From Callorhinchus milii (Eukaryota), in assembly GCF_018977255.1 (NCBI RefSeq), contig NW_024704742.1, positions 89,778,001-89,842,000 of the forward strand: DNA of 64,000 nucleotides, read 5' to 3'. Shown here in pieces: positions 25,199-38,634 of this stretch; the stretch's first letter is position 1; the number at the start of each line of letters is the position of its first letter. The notes under the pieces were generated by a model that was not told the origin of the DNA, searched no databases, and saw only the letters and a list, made by a program, of their open reading frames with translations. The translations under genes were made by a program, and so were the position numbers.

Positions 25199-26922
25199 CT
25201 AAAGTTCATATTGAAAGCTTTGCCCACAAAATACACAGTCACTCCACTTTACAATATATTCTATGAAGCGATTTGAGACGTCTCAATGAGGTAATAAAGT
25301 GCTACAACAAATGGAAGGATTATTATTATTAGAGTCCGTAACTGCTGTTTTCCCTTTTCTTAAAAAAATCTAACCTTGAAACTCCACTTTTAACAATTCA
25401 AAACAATGAGCGAGTTGATTAATTTAGTATTTATTTGCTCATGTTTGCCTTGGGTGGTGTAGGGTCGAAAAAGATCATAGAAGCAAAAGAAACCACAAAT
25501 CCTTTACCTAGCAAAATGACTAACTATCATTCCCTAACATTTGACTAAATTATCGATTTCAGTCATTGATGCCTCTTTGTCTTCCACAACTGAACAATTA
25601 GACAATTTGATTACATTTGCCGTTTCCTAACCAGTCTGTGCAAATTTCATGCAAACTCCTCAGTGGCAAAGACCCTATGCACAGCCATTGAAATGAAATG
25701 CCACATCACAAAGCTAAACAGAACGCCCATGAAAAAGAGGCTGAGGCAGAAGCTCTCAAAATATGAATTTACAGCAACAATAAATGTCAGGCTGTAAAAT
25801 GAACAAGAAATCTGTTCTGCTGTGACTCCAAACACAAATAAAACTTGGCCAGAGATGTAAAGTGAGCACTTTTGCTTTTTTATCTCTGGGAAATGGTCCA
25901 AACTGGAACAAATTTTTTCCTTGAAACATAGCCGCACAATAACTCCCCTTAGTGGTGAGTTTTATTTTAGTCGCTCTGCCCAACATTGTATCAGAACAAT
26001 AGAAAAACAGAAGTTAGAAGGAAATGATCAGGGTGTGCATCTTTCTATTCCTTCAACTTTTGTGCTTTTATGAAATCAAATCGTCCCCTCCCCCCAAAAA
26101 ATACAGTATTCCGGCTTAAACCAGAGAAATTTCCAAGCCGCTGACAGAACAGGAGCCAGTCGTCTTGATTAAGAATTTATGTTCAATTCTAAAAGATTTG
26201 CTGAGGAATATTTCACAGTTCTCTTGTGAGAGATTCTGATAAATAGATATTGCCATGCTGTAAGGCTGACTCGGGAGGCTCAGGAACAGGTTTGTGGAGG
26301 TCAAAGCCTCCCTATCTTCAGCCCAGAGTTGTCCCTTCCTCCCTGCAGCCCAGAATCAAATAGTAAATCAGCTGACACTCACTGTCTACACTCATCTAGG
26401 AACAGCCATATGGAAGGTATCCAGCATCTATCAACATCTTCAGGAGAGAAGAGGAAAACTTAGGGAGAAAATTTGGCTAAAACTTGTTTAAATTAGAAGA
26501 AATATTTTCTGAATGAGGAGATTTCTTGCCCCCAAAACTATATTTTTTTCACCCACAAAATATACAGTCAATTCATTTTACAGTATATTCTGTGAAGCGC
26601 TTTGAGACATCTCGAAGACATGATAAAGCGCTATATCAAATGCAAGGATTATTATTATTATACTAAAACAAACAATTTCTATGGGCAAGTACCTCAATTC
26701 ATGTTGGGTATCTTTTCATGCTGCCTTCATTTTTGGTTGCTTTGTCCATGCTACAAGCAAACATGCTTGCTTAAAAAAAACACCCAATTTTCTCCTTCAC
26801 TTCAGGGAACTTGGAGATAAAGCAGAATTCAGAAAACGACTCCCAAAGACACTCTGCGTGTCATCCACAGCTTTTCTGCCACACACACATTTATAGTACT
26901 GATTGCTTTTCCTCTAGCTTAC

Positions 26923-27931
26923 TTGTCATGTGTCAGATGCTCAGATTCCCATTGAGACTCCTTTAACACTGTGGACTATTTTACAGCATCTCTGCTTCTC
27001 TCAACTGAAAATACTTTATGGGCGGACTTGCAGTCAGATTTCCTCAGGACTCTGTAATACTCACAAAGGTATGGTATTTTTTGGTTTAAATGTGATCTTC
27101 AACTCATTCAATGGTCACAAGTTTGTAACTTGGTGTAAAGAAAATAAATGCATCAACCAATGTCATCAATTTCTTGATGGCATGAATGCAGAAATATTCA
27201 ATCAAGAAACATTTATGTTGTTGGCCATCCCCCAAAAAAGTGTTCCCTCTTCAAACGAGGAATATCAGAAAATTTCAAGCTGCTGACAGAACAGGAGCCA
27301 GTCATCTTGTTTAAGAATTTATGTTCAATTCTAAAAGATTTGCTGAAGAATATTTCACAGTCCTCTTGTGAGGGATTCTGGCAAATAGACATGCCATTGG
27401 CTCAAAGTGCTTCATGGACTTTAAATCAAGGATAGAAACCTATTCCCTGTCCTTCTGAAGCCTGCCAAATAAAAGGAATGTCAATGTTATCCAACCTATT
27501 TCCTGGTCTGAGGCAACTTCCTCAGGTTATGTTCAGACAAGTTCAATGTTTCCCAAATTTTGTTGTCAGAACTTTCAAAAAACTGAAGTTAAGTCGTGCA
27601 ATGAAAAAACGAAGTGCCCAGAAAGGGTTAAGCAGATGCAATTCATCAAAATAATCCAGCTCCAACGGCAGGTGGAGATTTTTCTAGTGACAAGCAAATA
27701 GCAATTGCTTTCACTCAACAGAACAGAAGACGTAACCTCCAAATGTGTGCACAAAAAACTGCAACAGCAGGAATCGAAACAGCCTCATTAATGTGTTCAC
27801 CAATGCAGCTCTGAGAATTTTTAATTCATCACAATAATTAGGTTTGTCACAGGCTCTTCTGCAAGAATAAAGGAAATCCAACACTAGGAAACAGTCCCAA
27901 CATATGGGTAGTTTTGTGATGGTTAGCAGAC
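26923..27931 (-). pseudogene. RNF213-like large exon remnant (stalk region)
   Basis: ctacag|..|gtaagc; protein-like frame LELDYFDELHLLNPFWALRFF ~ EWKRFVTQKRMEHFYLNFY; several TGA stops. Confidence 0.5.
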
Positions 27932-28243
27932 CTGTAGAATTTTTGTTTTAAAATAAATATTCATACCATATTTGATTGCTTAATATTTTTCATATATAAA
28001 CTCTTCTGCACATTTTAAACTCATCCACTCATCCTTTCAAGTGAAGTTTCCTTGATAATCTGAAATGTTCACAGATATGTGTGTCATTCTGGTTCAGTTG
28101 GTAGCACTCTCACCTGTGAAGCAGAAGGTTTTGGGTTCAAGTCCCATGTTGGGACTTTGGGTTCACAGTCTACACCGCTATTCCAAGGCAGTGCTGATGA
28201 TTTGCTGCATTGACATAGTTGCCGTCCTTTGGATGAAAAGTTA

Positions 28244-28610
28244 AATCTCCACAAGCTGCTGAACTCTGCAGCTCATGTCCTCCTCTGCACCAGTTTCCAT
28301 GAGTCTATCAATCCCATCCTCACCCGGCTCCACTGGCTTCCCATCTCCCAAAGGATCAAGTTCAAGATACTCAACCTCACTTTTAAAGGCTGCTGCAGTC
28401 TTGCCCTTTCCTACCTCTATCACCTGCCAATCCACCTGCTTCCTCCACTCAACAGGGACTGAACTACTTCATGTCCCTCACCCTGACTATCTCACCATTG
28501 GTGGTCAGGCCTTCAGGCTTTCTGCCCACTCTCTGGAACTCCATCGCGGAGTCCCTTTACCACACCTCTTCCCTCACCTCCTTCTAGGACTTTCTTGAGA
28601 ACTTACTTTG
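28244..28610 (+). mobile_element. L2 3' fragment
   Basis: NSAAHVL..LTRLHWLPISQRIKFKIL. Confidence 0.85.
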
Positions 28611-28733
28611 GTCAAGAACTTACTTTAGTGTAAACCCTCAACTATCCAGGCCATGGGACGTAATAATAATCCTTGCATTTGATATAGCGTCTTATCACAT
28701 CTTCGAGATACCTCAAAGCGCTTCACAGAATAT

Positions 28734-31115
28734 AACAACAACAACAACAACTTGCGCTTATATAGTACCGTCTACACCAGGCGGCGTCCCAGAGCACTTA
28801 CCAATGGTGGAGACCGATACTGAGCCACAGGAAGGGGGAAGGTGACCAAAGGCACAGTTGAAGAGGAAGGTCTTCAGGCACAACCTGAAAATGGGGAAAG
28901 AAGGGGCAAGGCGAAGCGATTGAAGGAGGGAGTTCCACAGCTTCAGGGCTTAGTGGCTGAAGGCACAGCTGCCAACGGTGAAGCGGATGATTCAAGGGAA
29001 AAGGAGGAGACCGGAGCCAATAGAGGCAGTAGGTACTGCTGCGAGGAGAGAGGAGGTTAGATAGCTGGGGGGGGTTCCACAGCATGGAGGGATTTAGACA
29101 CTAGAGTGAGGAATTTGAAGTCGATCCGCTGTGTCACAGGGAGCCAGTGGAGTTTGGCAAGGACTGGGATAATCAGAGTGTGGAGTTTAATGCGGGTGAG
29201 AATGCGAGCGGCGGAGTTTTGGATGAGTTGAATTTTATGAATAATGGAAGAGTGAGGAGGGAATTTGTGTACTCCAGCCAAGAGGTGATGAAAGTGTGGA
29301 CAAGAGTTTCGGCAACTTGTGGAGTGAGATTTTGTCAGACATGAACAATGTGGTGGAGGTGGAGGAAAGTGGTCCTGGTCAGGGACCGGATGTGGAAGGA
29401 TAACTGGGGATCGAACTTGATGCCTAAGTTGCGTGCGGGTTCAGTGAGTTTTAAGTTCAGATTGGGTAGGTTGAGAAGGTTGGAACCGCAGGACAGACGA
29501 CTTTGACAGAGTCAAAGAGTATGGCTTCTGCCTTGTTAACGTTTAACTAGAAGAAATTTGTGCTCATCCAGAGCTGGAGGAGAAGTAGAGTTGAGTGTCA
29601 TTTGCATACAAGTGGAAGTTAACCCCGTGTCTGCGGATGACAACACCGAGAGGGAGCACATAGATGAGGAAGGGAAGGGGGCCAAGGATGGAGCATTGGG
29701 ATACCCTGCAGGTGACCAGGCGGGGACGAGAAGAAAACCCATTTGCGGAAATCTAGTGCTGGCAGTTGTAAGGTAGGATTCAAACCGGCCCCACTGAGGT
29801 GGATGATAGAGGACAGGTGGTGGAGTAGGATGGTGTGATCGACTGTGTCGAATGTGTTAGAGAGGTCCAGGAGGATGAGGAGGCAGAGGGAGCCCTAGTC
29901 ACAGATAGAGAGCATACGGTTTGCGACTGAACTGTGGGCAGAGAGGAAACCAGACTGGAGGGGTTCAAGTAGGGAGTGGAGGGAGAGATGTGTGCAAGGT
30001 TGGTTGGCAACAATGTGTTCCAAAGCTTTGGCCACAAAGGGCAGGTTTGAGATAGGGCGATAGCGGCCAAGGTTGGAAGGATTGGGTGGGTTTTTTAAGA
30101 AGGGGGGTGATGATGGCGGTTTTGAGGGAGAGTGGGACAGATCTTAAGGAGAGGGATTGATTAATGGTGTCTGCCAACAGTTGGCAGAGGAGGGGGAGCT
30201 GGGTGATCAGCAGCTGGGTGGGAAGGGGTTTGATGCAGCAGGTGGAGGGTTTCATCAGGGTGATGGAGGATGAGAGGGAGGAAGGAGAGATGGGGGCAAA
30301 GGAATGTAGTGGTAAGAGCTGAGGGGTGGGTGAAGGAGACAGAAAAGGGGTGGGGTAGTAGGGGTCACGGGGCAGGGGAATGAGGCTGACAGGTGGATGT
30401 TTTCTATTTTAGAGGTAAGGAATTCCACGACCAATTCACACTTGGTGTTTGATGTAATAATTGAGGGTGCTGGAGGGAGCGTATGGAGTATATGATGGGT
30501 GGTGGACAATAGGACTTTGGAGCTGTTTTTGGCCTCCACAATGATCTTTGAGTGGTACACAGTTGTTGCTTGTGAGAGGGAACAGCGGTAGGTGTGAAGG
30601 TGCTCAAGCCACAGCTGCTGGTGAACTGTGAGGCTGATTTTCTGCCACATGGGCTCAAGCAACCGGGTTTGTGATTTTAGGGAGTGGTAATGGCTGTTGT
30701 ACCAGGGGGAGTGGGTGGGTGTGGAGATGGTCCTGGATTTCAGGGGGACAAAGGAGTTGAAGTGGAGGAGAGGCGATCACGGATCAGCTTGATGCCTGCA
30801 TCAGGGTCGCTGCAGGTGGAAGGCTAAAGGGAGAGGAGGTCTGAGGATGAGAGGGCATTTATGAGTGTTTCAGGATGGAAAAGGATTGTGGAGGGCTTGA
30901 TGGAGGGGAGAGGGATATGAGAGGAGAGGGAGATGAGGAAATGGTCTAAGATGGCCTTGTCCATGATGGACAGACTGAATAAGCTGTGGGTGATAATTAT
31001 ATCTAGGGGGTGGCCACAGTTGTGGGTCGGGGAGTTTCTATGGAGGGTGAGATTTAGGGAGGAGAGGAGTGCAGTGAAGTCAGAGAAGTGGGGCAGGAGC
31101 AGTTGAAATGAAGTT
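28734..31115 (-). mobile_element. Degenerate L2-clade LINE
   Basis: GHPLDIII, LKTAIITPLLKKP, YADDTQL, IQNSAARIL..LHWLPV and tail. Confidence 0.9.
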
Positions 31116-32469
31116 GAGATGTGACCTGCCATTTGACTAACAACAGAGTTGTTCCCCAAAATGAAAGGTGCTACATAAATGCAATTTGTTGTTATTTAAA
31201 CTGAGATCCATCTGCCTGTTCAGGAGGACATTAAAGATCCCTTGGCGTGATTTGAAAACAGAAGGGTGTCAGTTTGATTGCTACTGTTTGTAGAGATGAA
31301 CTTAAAATCTTCAGATCTGCAGCACACCAGGCCACTTCTTTTAAAACAAGTATTACCCAGATACTAAATATAGCAGCAAAGAGTGCTTTGGTTGCTACCC
31401 AAACCGTATGCAGTCCAGAAGGTTGAAATTGTAAACAGAATCCATTCAAGGTAGACAGATCTGTCACTCACAGTACTGTGAATATTTTTGTTACACGGGA
31501 AAAAGTGTCTCCTAGTGGCAGAGAACAGGCAAACATCACCTTTAGGCCTTAATACTTCTAAGAAATAAATGTAGCACCAATCCACACCTTATCCTAACAA
31601 AGGTTAGTTACATTAAGAAATTATGCATTGGAGATACAAGATGAAATCTCGTTTCAATTAAGATCCTTATTGTTTTATTTTTCACCCACAAAATACACAC
31701 AGTCACACCACTTCACAATATATGCTGTGAAGTATTGTATTACATCTCAACAATGTGATAAGGTGCTATATAAAATGCAAGGATTATTATTATTAACTGT
31801 TATTTTTATTCAATGCTTGCACAATTTCATGTCCCCTTTTAGAATAATTCCCTATATTTTATCCATAGGTGTATTTTCAACATGCCACAATATTGAAGAT
31901 TCTTTGCACATAAAATGTCTTGTTGCATGAAGAGCTTTTTGGGCAAATATGACGTTTAAACCAAGGTCCCATCTGCCTGTCCAGGTTGATGCCAAGGATT
32001 CCATGGCACTTCCAGTAGTGATGGGAGTTTCTCCCAGTGCCCTGACTAACAATCCCCCAAATAAAAGTGATCACTCACTGCATAGATAGCAGAAGCAGTT
32101 CTACAATTTTCCTTAGCATCCTACTTTAGGGAGGGAAGAATCAGTGAGGGTTCCTGCACCAGAACAATAAATAATAATTCCTATTGAAAATTCGTACAGC
32201 AAGTCAGATAAGAACAGAATTGGACATGGCTGTTACTCTTCCCACATGCTCAGGGGCTCACGTAAAGATTGATACTTGGATGAATTACAGGAGAACTACT
32301 ACCAACAGAGCTAGATTGACACCAAATCTACTGCTGAACCGATCAGCACGCGTCATAAGAGTTTGATGATTTTGTTGGAAGGTTTGAAATTGATACATTG
32401 TTTGGTATTATTGAATGGCTTGAGAAACCAAGTATTAAGATGTCTGCCTTCAAACCAACCTCTTACTTC

Positions 32470-33711
32470 TTCTATCTACTTCTCTGAGCAGGAATTGCAC
32501 ATCAACACTCCTACATCAATAGGACAAGCGATCCTAACATAAATTTCGACAATAAAATACAAATCAATGTTTGATTTGATTTCTGTATTTTTGAACACTT
32601 TCTGATGTGATACCTATATTGATCCACAGACAATGAATTATTTTCTTGTAATGTCACTGAGAATTTCTATGCTAAAGCCTCATTTTCTATCTGCTGTCCA
32701 ATTGTGCTTTACTGTTCTGTGTTATCAGGAATCCTTTAGTCAAGAAGAAAAGCAAACCCTGCAACTCTTCTCTGGACGTGGGGGCAACTACATGTTATCA
32801 TGGAGTCTATAACGTTGAGGGAAGCTGCCACATGGAAGATTCACCACAAACAGAAACTGAGAAAATGAGCTGTTCTTCTCAATCATTCACCAGATTGTAA
32901 GCCAGTCCCTGACAATCTGCTCAAACAGATACAGCAACATGAAGAGACAAATGCTGGCTTGCATCATTCACATCTAATACATCTTATGCTTGAACAATGT
33001 TTCCCAAATAGAATGAAACCAAAATAACTTTAATAGGAATCTTCTATATGGTAGTTGAAGCCTTATACATTGAATATGGAAATTTGGTCCCATATTGGAC
33101 TGAAGTTCAAAGATGGGAGGATAAATAAAATAAATAAATGGTAAGATGAACATAATATACACAGCAATTATCCATAATCTCAAGGCAGTTTGAATATTTC
33201 AATTGATCATGTGTGCTCTCAGACTAAGACAGGCCACACTGCTTCCACAATCTCACTGCAACTTGATAAAAAAAACACAGGCACCTTGTCTGACAAGCCA
33301 TCAGAGAGTTCATGTCAGTAAGCTCCAAAATAGGATACAGATGAATACAGCACCTCCTATTATTCCTTTCAAAGTACTAAAGTAGATCGACAGGTAAAGA
33401 TTACATGTCACTGCTAAAAAGCTTTTCAAACAGGGTTTGCGAGAAAATGTACAACATGACAAAGTGAACATTCAGCAGGTGTGTGAATTCAGCCCTTTGG
33501 TGCACTAAAGATTCCAATGTGTGCTCTGTCGAACATACTTTGTGGCTGCTTTTAATTGTGACACATCCACTGAAGTCACCACTGTAGCTTTGCTTTTTAA
33601 AGAAAAGGCTTCACAGTTCAGCACTGGTTTGCTAGCAAAACCACTAATGCAGGGCCAACCAACTGAACAGATGCAAAAAAAATGTCCCAAGTACAGTAAT
33701 TCCCTTGTGGT
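32470..33711 (-). pseudogene. Probable exon remnants of the same pseudogene (about 32470-33100 and 33406-33711)
   Basis: Unique, coding-like sequence with candidate AG/GT sites; no motif recognised. Confidence 0.3.
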
Positions 33712-33979
33712 CTATTTGATTAAAAAAACAGTGTGAACCAGCCTTACAAACCCAAAGAAGTTCCCAGGTTCAACCTGGGCCAACTAAATGCTGACAAAAA
33801 AAGTCAATGTGTTTAAACTGATTCTGTTTTCAGGTTTTTTTGCCTTTTTGAAAAAAATATTCCTAACTTCACCTTCAATCAGTGATCCTATATATTGCAT
33901 CACTTACGAGAGATACAGTTATTCGTCAGAATTTGTCAAATTGACAGTTGTTGACAACTCTGCAAAATAATGCATTTTG

Positions 33980-34345
33980 TGTCAGCCTGGCTCAGCTGGT
34001 AGCACTTTCACTTCTCAGTCAGAAAATTGTGGATTCAAACACCACATGAGACTTTGAACTCAATGCTCTAGGAAGATATTCCAATGCAGTGGTAGTTCTA
34101 TGTTGGTCAGGACATTAATCAAAAAGAGAAAGGAGTTTCTCCCAGTTCTTCTGGCCAACAATCCTTCAGATAAAATTGGTCACTCAACTCATAGCTGTAT
34201 ATGATACATTGTCGTGTGTAAATTGGCTGCTGTGTTTAATACACTGCAATACGCCTAGAAATCCAGAGTCACTACTCACAGAAACTCATGTGACATCCTC
34301 CTGAAGAGGAAGGTGCTATACCAAATGCAAGAATTATTGTTATTT
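33980..34345 (+). mobile_element. Older tRNA-derived SINE family (related copies at about 28080-28243 +, 38730-39085 +, 47985-48400 -, 61495-61868 -)
   Basis: Head ggctcagctggtagcact..ggattcaaac and a shared core attggctgctgtgtt. Confidence 0.65.
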
Positions 34346-34839
34346 TAGTGCTTTTAACATTGGAATGACGCCTCAAAGAGCTTTTGAAGAAGGGGTAAGT
34401 CAAACAATTTTGAAGTACATATTACACCCCATATGCAATGATTACACCTCTCTATAACTAATAAGCTTGTGGAAAATACAATGAGCACTTTGGCCTGTTT
34501 TCATAAATTTGTCAATTCCATTCATGTTTGCAGCTAATTTCCTTCCTTCAGCTGAGTAGGTCATAAAGTAAACCATAAATACCCAACCACAAACTCATTA
34601 AAATCTCCTAGATTCTGACAATACATGTACTTACTTTTTGAAACACAGATTAGGTAGCTTTCTTTTAGGAAATAACATTATGGGATACAGTACATAGGTA
34701 GTTCGGGACATATGTGCATGTGACCTCCAGGAAGGTGGAAGGTAAACTAGATGGACCTTTGTCTTTTATTGTCTAGCATTTCTTATGTACTGCCAGGATA
34801 TTATTTAAACGTCTCCTTTTCCTGTAAAATGCTCTGGGA

Positions 34840-36145
34840 CACTACCCTGCGTACAGAGCGATATATAAATGTAAATTGTTGTTGACAGAGATCAAATCTG
34901 CACTCAGCTCTCAGAAGGGAAAACGACTGGATGGTGATGCTGTCAGCCCCTGAGGTGTGGAGGCGCTGACAGGAGTCAATCAGGAGAGCCTCAGTCTTGT
35001 TGACGTTCAACTGAAGAAAGTTAGCTCTCATCCAGGACTTGATTTCTGACAGACATTCTGTCAGGACAGCAGTGGTCCTGGAGTCGAGCGTGGAGGCAGA
35101 GAGATAGAGTTGGGTGTCATCTGGACACATGTGGAAGTTGACTCCATGTCTGCGGATGATGTCACCAAAAGGGAGCATACAGATACTGAAGAGGAGGAGA
35201 CTAAGGACAGAGTCCTGAGGAACACTGCACAAGACGGTGTGGGGGCTAGAGAAGAAGCCATTTGTGGAGATGAAGTGGGGATGGTGTGAGAGGTATGATC
35301 TGAACCATTCAAGGACAGAACTATGAAGGTTGAGGTGAGAGGAGAGGCAGAGAGGTCGAGGATGATGAGGAGACAGAGAGAGCCCCGGTCCCAGATGGAC
35401 AAAATGTGATTTGTCACTTTGACCAAAGTTGCTTCTGTGCTGTGGGAGGCATGGAAACCCGATTGGAGGGGTTTGTGAAGGGAGTGGCGGGAGAGGAAGG
35501 AGCAAAGCTGGGAAGCAATGACTCATTCCAGGATATTGGAAAGGAAACGGAGGTTGCAGATGGAGTGGTAATTTGAGAGCACTGATGGGTCCAGGGAGCT
35601 TTTATTTAAGGACAGGGGTGATGTTGGCTGTTTTTGAAGGGGGTGGGAATAGTGCCAGTGGACAGGGGTATGTTTATGATGTCTGTGAGTAAGGTGACAA
35701 AGAAGTGGAACTCGGAGGTAAGGAGAGGGGTAGGGATGGGGTCGAGGGAGCATGTTGTCGGTTTCATGTGGGTTATAGTGGTGGTGAGAGAGGAAGGGGA
35801 GATAGGTTCGAACGTATGGAAGGAGGGATGGGTAGGGGCTTGGTTGTGAGGGGGGATGGGGAGGAGGTAGTCATTGGTAGGCCAGAGGCAGCTGAGTAGA
35901 TCCCCTCAACTTTGTTTTTGAGAAAGTCCAGCATCTCCTCGCAGTTAGCGTCAGAGGAAAGGATGCGGGAGGTGTGAGAGGGTGGGCGGAGGAGCTGATT
36001 GGTAGTGGAGAAGAGGAGCCCGGGGTTGTCCTTGGCCTCCAAGATTGTCTTGGTGTAGAAGGATTTAGCAGAGGTGAGAGTGGAGCATTAAGTATTGATG
36101 AGGTCTAGCCAGATCTGCCAATGGACTGTTAAGTTAGATTTGAAC
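34840..36145 (-). mobile_element. L2 fragment
   Basis: VPQDSVL, HMCPDDTQLY, FLQLNVNKTEALL. Confidence 0.9.
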
Positions 36146-36594
36146 CAGAATTGTGGAAGCACTATTGGATCTGCTGACTCAGAGGCGAGAGTGCTACTAA
36201 CTGAGCCAGCCTGATACTCTATTTTATCTTACATATTATTTTATTGCAGGTGAATTGTTATCCTTACCCAAGTACCGCAGAGTATATCTGCATTTTATAT
36301 TATTCCACAGGATAGGTTTGGATGAAGAAGGCTCTTTGGCCAACTTGATCTCATCCTTTCAGAAATCCACCTTACTGTCTTCCCTTTACGTAGTTTTTTA
36401 AAATGGTTCAGCGTTCTGGCCTCAATCATACTTCCTGGTAGCTTGTTTCACTCATTAGTTAACCTCTGGGTAAAGAAACACTTCTTGGTATTTTTCTTGA
36501 AATTGCGCTGAGCAGCTCTAAACCTACATCCTCTTGTTCTGCTGTCTCGGTACATCAAAATGTAATATACTGTGGAAGCATATGAATAACACAC

Positions 36595-37138
36595 CAGTCA
36601 GAATGGAATAAACTTGAAGAATTGCTGGGTCAACCAGCTCGGCACTGTCAGCCTGTCAGAAGCATGTATCGTAAGAGAAAAAGCAAAGAGTAAACACCCC
36701 TCCTTTTGAGTCTTCATTTGAAAAGGAAACCGTTTCGACAAAGAAAGATCCATTCCTGAAGATCATTCCAGGTCACAATTAAATCACAAATTCCTGGACA
36801 ACAGCTCCATCATGTCAGGCATTTATTTAAGAAGTCTGCAAATACCCAGGTGCAACCTTATTAAAAGATTCAAATACTTCCCACTTGTGGAATTGCTTGG
36901 GACAGTCTCCCACAACCTTCTCTCCTCTTACTGGCCTCCTCCTTTTGTTTGTGTGAGCAGCACCATTGTCCTTTGTGTTTGCCGGATACACCGGGAAAAA
37001 ATAGCCTTGTGGTTTGCCAAGACTGCCACACACCCCCAGTAACTGGTTTCATTATATAAACCCCTTGAGGCGTTAACAGCGCCTTTCGACACCTCTGAAT
37101 TCAGGATGTCAAGGATTTTGCAATATAATTTAAACCAC
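36595..37138 (-). pseudogene. Probable RNF213-like N-arm exon remnant
   Basis: ttttcag acceptor; long frame WFKLYCKILDILNSEV..YWGCVAVL.. with few stops. Confidence 0.4.
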
Positions 37139-37498
37139 CTGAAAACTAAAGGTCTCGCAATAAAAGGCTACAAATAAACCAAGCTACAGTCAACTTTACG
37201 GGATCTTTTTAATACAAGGCTGGATTTCAAAAAGTGCCCCATTGGGGATTTCTTTGAAATGTAATTTAAAAACAGATAGTGTGGTTTAATGGATTATATT
37301 GTATCATTCACTGGCAGTGAGGTTGAACCCTTGCTTCTGCCCCAGTAAATGCAATAAAACTCATAGGATTCAAGAAGGATAAGATCATGGAAAACCCCTG
37401 GGGGGTTGCAATGACTTTATCCTTTTCAAAACTCTTCATTATACACAAATATGTTCTGCGGTATGTACTACAACTTAGTTTCAATTACTATCAGTTAC

Positions 37499-37656
37499 AG
37501 TCCTGAGTCAAATGCAGCACACATTTTCCTGCCTTTAGAGAGTAACATATATCTTCTGATCTTTCGTGAGAATAAGAAATTCAGGCATTCTTGCAGAGCT
37601 CCTCCAAGACTTCAGTGTATGAGGTAAGCCAGGACAATGGCACTGTCTCTCGAGCA
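37499..37656 (-). pseudogene. Probable RNF213-like N-arm exon remnant
   Basis: cttag|..|gtaact; CYSLKAGKCVLHL ~ RSKLKTGLIVLFV. Confidence 0.45.
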
Positions 37657-37787
37657 CTAAGCAAGTGGGAGAAACATAATATAATAATTCAATGGAAAAT
37701 CTCTGATCGATTTTCACAGGTGATTGTGTTCATTGTTTTGCTAGTGATTTTTAATTAACATTTTCAAAGTTAATAAATATAACAGTA

Positions 37788-38335
37788 ATAATCATTCTTG
37801 CATTTGATATAGTTCATTATCACGTCTTTGAAATGTCTTAAAGCATTTCACAAAATATATTGCAATGTGGATTGACTGTGCATTTTGTGGACGAAATATG
37901 GCAGCCAATTGTGCACAGCAGTGTCCCACAAACAGTCGTGGATTGAGTGACCACATTTTTGGGGGATGGATTATTATCCCCATAAGCGGTCTAATCTAAT
38001 AATCTAATAATAATAATAATCTAATCTAATAATCGACTAACAACCGGGTTCCTAGTTAGTGCTAGGGGATTGGGGAGAAAGAGTGAAGAGAAGTTTCTAG
38101 CCTCTCCTCAACACCTTGCGAACAAGATTAGAAAGTCAATGTGTGGCGAAGTCACAATAATAATCCTTCCATTTGATATAGCGCCATTCCCATTGGGCAG
38201 ATATCTCAAAGCACTTCATATGTTTTAGTGTAATATGCCTTGACTGTGTATTTTGAGATGAATGCAGTAGCCAATTTGCTCCCAACAGTTTCCCACAAAC
38301 TGCCATGAAGTGAATGACCGATTTTATCTGGGGGA
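37788..38335 (-). mobile_element. SINE fragments (two copies)
   Basis: SINE tails and cores at about 37790 and 38157. Confidence 0.75.
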
Positions 38336-38520
38336 TCAGTTTGGCCTCATCTTCTGCTGTCACAATGCAGCTAAAAATATTGTTCTGGCGTTTTCTCAAT
38401 CCCATTTTACAATTTGTATATATCATTATAAGGTCCCCTTTGAGACATTCTTTCAAGACCAATGTATACATTTGTGCGCAAACAACTGTATGTTCGAATT
38501 TTCAGCGCACACAAGCTCAC

Positions 38521-38634
38521 CTGGTTCGTCGGAGCATCTGAACAGTCAACAATGTACAACATTCACTATCTCAAAAGGAATGATCTTCAGTCTATTGAGG
38601 CACACAAATAGTCTCTGCGAGTTGCAAAACCAAT
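38521..38634 (-). pseudogene. Probable exon remnant
   Basis: tcacag|..cag|gtgagc, 114 nt, one TGA in the best frame. Confidence 0.4.

Noticed and set aside
24880..27650. Plus-strand protein-like frames (e.g. FKLLTEQEPVILFKNL, LARLFPLCHNLEQ)
   Set aside because: Probably antisense shadows; splice signals and motif matches favour the minus strand.
6994..27931. In-frame TGA codons as selenocysteine or programmed readthrough
   Set aside because: TAA/TAG stops, frameshifts and TE insertions occur in the same exons; pseudogene decay is the simpler explanation.
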